From the IMG/VR virus record IMGVR_UViG_3300027752_001031: 64,000 nucleotides of DNA. One strand, given 5' to 3'. The stretch is from an uncultured virus (IMG/VR IMGVR_UViG_3300027752_001031). Lineage: Duplodnaviria > Heunggongvirae > Uroviricota > Caudoviricetes. Each line of letters opens with the position of its first letter. Position 1 is the stretch's first letter. This document shows positions 59,726-64,000 of the stretch, in pieces. The notes below the pieces were generated by a model. It had not been told where the DNA came from. It ran no database searches and saw nothing but the letters and a program-made list of their open reading frames with translations. The translations under genes were made by a program, and so were the position numbers.

Positions 59726-61483
59726 TTATGCTAGTAGTGTTCCCATTACGGTTACTGTAGATGTGTTGTTGGTTGTTGTAACTAGCAACTCTACGTTTGT
59801 ACCGTTTATTCCTGCTGAGATAGCTGATGCAGAACCATTGGTTCCAACAATCGCATACTCAGTGATCGCAATGTTGTCAGAAGTGTCTAGGGTTACAAGA
59901 ACCTCTGATACCTCGGTGTGTGTTCCATAAGCAACCTTAACCAAGAACTTTGCTGAGCGGTAGTCTGCCTTTGCAAAGCTATAAGCTACTGCCTGGGATG
60001 CGGTTGCAACTGACAAAGTTGAAGCAACCTGTGTAGCAACAGTGTTGATATCTATCTCTGTGAAGTTAGGAACTACAGCCTCTAGAGCAGTTACTGCACG
60101 AGCATTTGTGAAGTAAAGGTTTGAGCCTTCAGATAGGTCGGTAGTGGAAGAGTCAGCAACGCCGTTTTCTGCGGTAATGACTAGACCGTTCTCGTCTCCA
60201 GTGATGACAATGTTTGTCTTGGTTGCACCAGTTAGAAGAGCAGCAGTAGATACCTTTGCACGAGTGTCTGTGAAGTACTCGTTGGTAGCACCTTCTGCTA
60301 TGTCGTCTGTATCTAGTGCAGAGATTGTTGCATTAACACCTGAGGTTAGTCCATCTGCATAGGTCTTTGCGTCAGCTTCTGCTGTGTCGGCATAGGTCTG
60401 GGCACTTGCTAGGGCTGCGTTAGCCTTAGAAGTAGCATCTCCCGAAGCTGTAGCAATAGCATCTGCTTCTGCTGTGTCCGCGTAGGTCTGGTAAGCAGTG
60501 GTGATAGCTGTCTCTCTGCCGTCAGTGTATGCGGCAGCGGTAGCTGCTGCTGCAGCCTCTGCTGCATCAACATACTGCTTTGGAGCTGCACCTAGTGCAA
60601 CGGTAGGATCTGCAGAAAGAACTAGCTGTCCAGTCATTGTCGATCCAGACTTAGCAACCTTCTCACCAATTGAGGTGGTTAGGTTAGTAATTACATCTGG
60701 GTTATCTCCAAGGGCAGCTGCTAGCTCATTTAGGGTGTCTAGGAGTTCTGGAGCACCGTCAACTAGAGCAGCTACAGAGTTGTCTGTGTAAGTGTTAGCT
60801 GTTGTAACAGCGTCTGACTCTGCAGCGTCTGCGTAAGCCTGGTAAGCGGTAGTGATTGCAGTTTCGCGGCCATCGGTGTACCCGTTAGCAGAAGTGATTG
60901 CGTCAGCTTCTGCTGTGTCAGCATAAGTCTGTGCGCTAGTTAGAGCAGCGTTAGCCTTAGTAGTAGCATCTCCTGCGGCAGTTGTAACTGCGTCGGACTC
61001 TGCTGTGTCAGCATAGGTCTTTAGCAATCCGTCTAGCGTAGTGATTTCGCCATCTGTGTAAAGGTTAGCTGCTGCTTCTGCTGCGTCTGCTGCGACTCCT
61101 ACCTCGGTGTCTGTAGCAAATGAAGAAGCTAGAGTAACAGCAATTGCTGCGTCTCCAGAACCATCGAAGCTTACAGAACCAGTAGCGTCTCCACTAATAG
61201 ATATTGTACGAGCGGTTGCAAGTGCTGAGGATGTGTCAGCGTTACCAGTTACGTTACCAACGACATCTGCTGTAATTTCGTTTGCAGCGAAGTCTCCGTT
61301 TGCGTCACGTAGTACTACCGTGTCTGCGGTTGCTGCTGATGTAGCAGAGCCGCCGATAAGACCAATAATATAGTTTTGGTCAGCGGTTGTCTTTGTAAGA
61401 ATATCAAAATTGTTTACCTTGGCAGTTGTGCCTTCAACAATTAGTCCTGCTTTTACTTTAAAGTCTTTATTGACTGTTGCCAT
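59726..61483 (-). CDS. Long fibre protein with Ala-rich coiled-coil repeats
   Basis: VLRDANGDF, ARTISISGD, YADTAEADA repeats, EGSNLYFT repeats, C-terminal YRSAKFLV domain. Confidence 0.75.
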   Translation of the reverse strand: MATVNKDFKVKAGLIVEGTTAKVNNFDILTKTTADQNYIIGLIGGSATSAATADTVVLRDANGDFAANEITADVVGNVTGNADTSSALATARTISISGDATGSVSFDGSGDAAIAVTLASSFATDTEVGVAADAAEAAANLYTDGEITTLDGLLKTYADTAESDAVTTAAGDATTKANAALTSAQTYADTAEADAITSANGYTDGRETAITTAYQAYADAAESDAVTTANTYTDNSVAALVDGAPELLDTLNELAAALGDNPDVITNLTTSIGEKVAKSGSTMTGQLVLSADPTVALGAAPKQYVDAAEAAAAATAAAYTDGRETAITTAYQTYADTAEADAIATASGDATSKANAALASAQTYADTAEADAKTYADGLTSGVNATISALDTDDIAEGATNEYFTDTRAKVSTAALLTGATKTNIVITGDENGLVITAENGVADSSTTDLSEGSNLYFTNARAVTALEAVVPNFTEIDINTVATQVASTLSVATASQAVAYSFAKADYRSAKFLVKVAYGTHTEVSEVLVTLDTSDNIAITEYAIVGTNGSASAISAGINGTNVELLVTTTNNTSTVTVMGTLLA

Positions 61484-61502
61484 TTTCTATCTCCTAGTTT
61501 GA

Positions 61503-61949
61503 TTATGCCTTGAGACCGAGGCGAGCGTATCGCACGGTCACTGGCTTAATGATTGCGTCTGGGGTAATCGTCAAAGCGACAGTGTCCCCAGTCCTAGAGA
61601 CATCAATGGTGCCCATGTTCCCATTATTGTCTATTGTGCCGTACTCTGAAACTGATACGTCAGTACCGTCCATTAGTAGGGTCAATTCTGTTGCATAGAA
61701 GTAGTTGTCGCCTGCTGTAGTCTTTGAGATTGATACAATGTACTTTACCATTCTCCACTCAGTAGCGTCAAAGCTGTCTATGATGGTGACATTTGAAATG
61801 TCGGTAATAACATTCTCATTATTACCAAAAGATCCAAGGTCAGTAGCCTGTGCGGCCGAAGTATCGATCAGGTCGATATAATCCTGTTGAGAGGGACGAT
61901 CTCCAGTCTCAAAGGTTGATTTCACATAATTAAGGGTAGTTCTAGCCAT
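61503..61949 (-). CDS. Virion protein sharing the C-terminal domain of the long fibre
   Basis: FETGDRPSQQDYIDLID; DSF...WRMVKYIV...EYGTI; leaderless after CGCTATAAT (61956-61964). Confidence 0.65.
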   Translation of the reverse strand: MARTTLNYVKSTFETGDRPSQQDYIDLIDTSAAQATDLGSFGNNENVITDISNVTIIDSFDATEWRMVKYIVSISKTTAGDNYFYATELTLLMDGTDVSVSEYGTIDNNGNMGTIDVSRTGDTVALTITPDAIIKPVTVRYARLGLKA

Positions 61950-61979
61950 GTATCTATTATAGCGTGGTTTTAAACAATC

Positions 61980-62288
61980 TTAAATAATATAGTTACTGTA
62001 GCCTATGATCTGTATGCCAATTCCAGGTATATTGTTTGCACCGTAACCAGAAACACCAATATTTGTGAGCCTAATTCTAAATGGTAGAGTATCTTTTATC
62101 TTTATTACGGGATTAGGACTTACGATATTAGAAATGGGGTAGGTCTTTGTCTTTATGGACCTTGTTTTGGGAGACTTGTCTATGATTTTAGAATTTACAT
62201 CTATATTTGATATTGATGATATGGGGTAGTTCTTCTGCTTAAGTTCTTTTGTTTTATAATCTTTAGAATAGATTACTGACTTAGCCAT
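61980..62288 (-). CDS. Hypothetical Lys/Ile-rich protein
   Basis: Coupled to the upstream gene; ends PGIGIQIIGYSNYII. Confidence 0.6.
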   Translation of the reverse strand: MAKSVIYSKDYKTKELKQKNYPISSISNIDVNSKIIDKSPKTRSIKTKTYPISNIVSPNPVIKIKDTLPFRIRLTNIGVSGYGANNIPGIGIQIIGYSNYII

Positions 62289-62692
62289 TAATCAGTTACG
62301 TCCTCGACGATTACCAACTTACCCTGAGCTACCGTCCAGACTTGGCTGGTTGCTGCATTTGATAGCTGTATGTCAAAGATATCTCCAGTCTCTAGCTGCA
62401 AAGACTCACTAGCCGTTAGGGATACTGTAAACTCTCCTACTGCATCTTCAGCTAAGGCTGCTGGAGTAAGGGTTAGAATTACTGAGGCAGTGTCAGTTAT
62501 GACTCCCAAGTCTGCTGCATTGGTTGGCCTCTTTACTTTCATGGCTATGACCCAGTCCGCAATGGTCAGCGGTGCCTTGTCGTCGTCAGTTACATATACC
62601 GTGAATGCAGCGGTATCTCCTCGAACAACTGTCCAAGTAACTTGTGGAGGTATGTTTCCAACGGAATATCCAGAATCTCTAAGCGTAGCCAT
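62288..62692 (-). CDS. BppU N-terminal-like Ig-fold virion protein
   Basis: VRGDT.F...G...VSLTA.ES...FDIQL...G...I..DVT. Confidence 0.6.
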   Translation of the reverse strand: MATLRDSGYSVGNIPPQVTWTVVRGDTAAFTVYVTDDDKAPLTIADWVIAMKVKRPTNAADLGVITDTASVILTLTPAALAEDAVGEFTVSLTASESLQLETGDIFDIQLSNAATSQVWTVAQGKLVIVEDVTD

Positions 62693-62699
62693 ACTAATA

Positions 62700-62747
62700 A
62701 TTATAACACAGCATTGAGTTGAATTTTAGGTAAACTACTGCTATACT
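62700..62747. promoter_or_regulatory. Divergent promoter pair
   Basis: Minus: TGTTATAAT 62700-62708, 7 nt from ATG. Plus: TTGAAT(62719)-N17-TATACT(62742) with TG extension. Confidence 0.7.
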
Positions 62748-62804
62748 TATAAGTCTAAACTACGGCACCCTTAAAAAGGTGTCTTTTCTTTTAGGAGGTA
62801 CAAC

Positions 62805-63425
62805 TTGAAAAAGATTGTAATACTAGGAGCGGTAGGAATTTTAATGAGCTGTTCGTCAGCTACCGTTGCGGATGATAGTGGATCATCGTTTAAAGCTACA
62901 AGTGTTGTTTACAGTAGTCCAAATGTTTTGGATATTTCTGTAAATCAAAAGATTGATATTATTGCTTATACCCTTAAGATGTTGAAAGAACAAGAGCAAG
63001 AAAAGCTTGAGCAAGCCAGAGCCCTTGCTGTTACAAAAAATGCTAATGCACTTAGGTATCAAATATCTGAGCTGTCAAAACATATTGATAAAACCAGATA
63101 TGTGTTTAGTGGCTCTACCCCTGCTGGCTGGGACTGCTCAGGTCTTGTAGTATGGTTTTATGGAGAGCTGGGAATTGAACTTCCTCATTCAGCAACTAAG
63201 CAAGGATTTATTAAGCCAAAGTCTTCTACCCCAATGCCTGGAGACATAGTCGTCTTCCAGTATAACGGTGCAAAAAACTTTGTTCATTCGGGCATTTACA
63301 TTGGAAACAACGAAATAATCCATTCTGGATTCCGTGCTGGTATGCCAACAGCAATTATTGATTTAGATGACCCAGCTTTTAATGGGCAGACACATTACTT
63401 TATAAGGTTAATGGATTCAAAATGA
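62805..63425 (+). CDS. NlpC/P60 peptidoglycan endopeptidase with signal (possibly lipoprotein) peptide
   Basis: YVFSG..P.GWDCSGLV, PGDIV, HSGIYIG...IIHS; AGGAGG RBS and TTG start. Confidence 0.9.
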   Translation: MKKIVILGAVGILMSCSSATVADDSGSSFKATSVVYSSPNVLDISVNQKIDIIAYTLKMLKEQEQEKLEQARALAVTKNANALRYQISELSKHIDKTRYVFSGSTPAGWDCSGLVVWFYGELGIELPHSATKQGFIKPKSSTPMPGDIVVFQYNGAKNFVHSGIYIGNNEIIHSGFRAGMPTAIIDLDDPAFNGQTHYFIRLMDSK

Positions 63426-64000
63426 GAAACAAAACTATAGCTAAACTTGGCGTGCCCATTTTATTAGCAGCAGCTTTAGCCGAGGCTGGTGCAATGCCAA
63501 ATCTGGCTGTTTTTGCAGATGAGCCTGTTACTACCCAGACACTGGAAATACCTACTAAGGCTATGGGCATTCTAGATATAATGATTTTGAATAAAAGATT
63601 TAAAAGATCTACCCCTCAGATTGTAGAAGTAGCGCCATGGCTGAAGCCAGAAATGCAGTCTATAAAAATATCGGACGCTGAACTAGTTGAGGTACTTCGT
63701 AATGTTGGGTTCGAGGGGTATGGCTTGAAGATGGCATGGGCTATCGTACAACAAGAGTCAACATCTAGAATTTATGCACACAATAGAAATAGGTCTACGG
63801 GTGATAACTCATATGGCCTGTTTCAAATTAACATGATTGATGGCCTTGGCCCTAAAAGACTTGAGAAGTATGGGCTAGAAAAGAATGAAGATCTTTTTAC
63901 CCCACTAGTAAATGCCCAGGTTGCTTTCAAGATATCTGGTGGTGGAGCTAATTGGGGTGCGTGGACAACTTACAAAAAAGCGCAGGAAAACATTAACCAG
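63422..64000 (+). CDS. Lytic transglycosylase (SLT/lysozyme-like) with signal peptide; runs off the window
   Basis: Hand translation: MRNKTIAKLGVPILLAAALA...AWAIVQQES...GDNSYGLFQINM...LFTPLVNAQVA...NWGAWTTY; ATGA overlap with the NlpC/P60 stop. Confidence 0.88.
   Translation, partial: MRNKTIAKLGVPILLAAALAEAGAMPNLAVFADEPVTTQTLEIPTKAMGILDIMILNKRFKRSTPQIVEVAPWLKPEMQSIKISDAELVEVLRNVGFEGYGLKMAWAIVQQESTSRIYAHNRNRSTGDNSYGLFQINMIDGLGPKRLEKYGLEKNEDLFTPLVNAQVAFKISGGGANWGAWTTYKKAQENINQ

Noticed and set aside
48651..61483. Diversity-generating retroelement suggested by Mtd-type domains
   Set aside because: No reverse transcriptase and no long near-identical TR/VR pair seen; similarity is to the Mtd N-terminal anchor only.
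62748..62804. c-di-AMP riboswitch ahead of NlpC/P60
   Set aside because: The leader is about 50 nt, too short for that aptamer.

Overview
64 kb of a large tailed dsDNA phage, probably a siphovirus of an Actinobacterial host (inferred from class Ib nrdIEF, DnaE-type polymerase and SigA-type, often leaderless, promoters). The layout recalls large actinophages such as Streptomyces clusters BE/BK. Almost every gene is on the minus strand. In transcription order (right to left): a fibre/receptor-binding region of paralogous cassettes (48.6-62.7 kb), a large LamG-type virion protein, portal, prohead protease, major capsid, head-tail connectors, major tail, two paralogous tail-assembly chaperones, a 2494-aa tape measure, tail-tip genes, replication/recombination genes (DnaB, primase, SSB, DnaE, RecA, resolvases, exonucleases including a solo Cas4-like), terminase, nrdI-nrdE-nrdF, and a truncated secreted beta-helix/FN3/coiled-coil protein. 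Two divergent plus-strand genes (NlpC/P60, lytic transglycosylase) close the window. I saw no tRNA, CRISPR array, integrase, transposase, reverse transcriptase or intein. Main observations: three parallel adaptor-tip-accessory fibre cassettes with an apparent docking grammar; tail chaperones G and GT apparently encoded by gene duplication rather than frameshift; a probable ATT start codon; about 20 extended -10 promoters, many leaderless; a possible nuclease-like insert in the tape measure. All product calls come from motifs and synteny read by eye, with no database searches.
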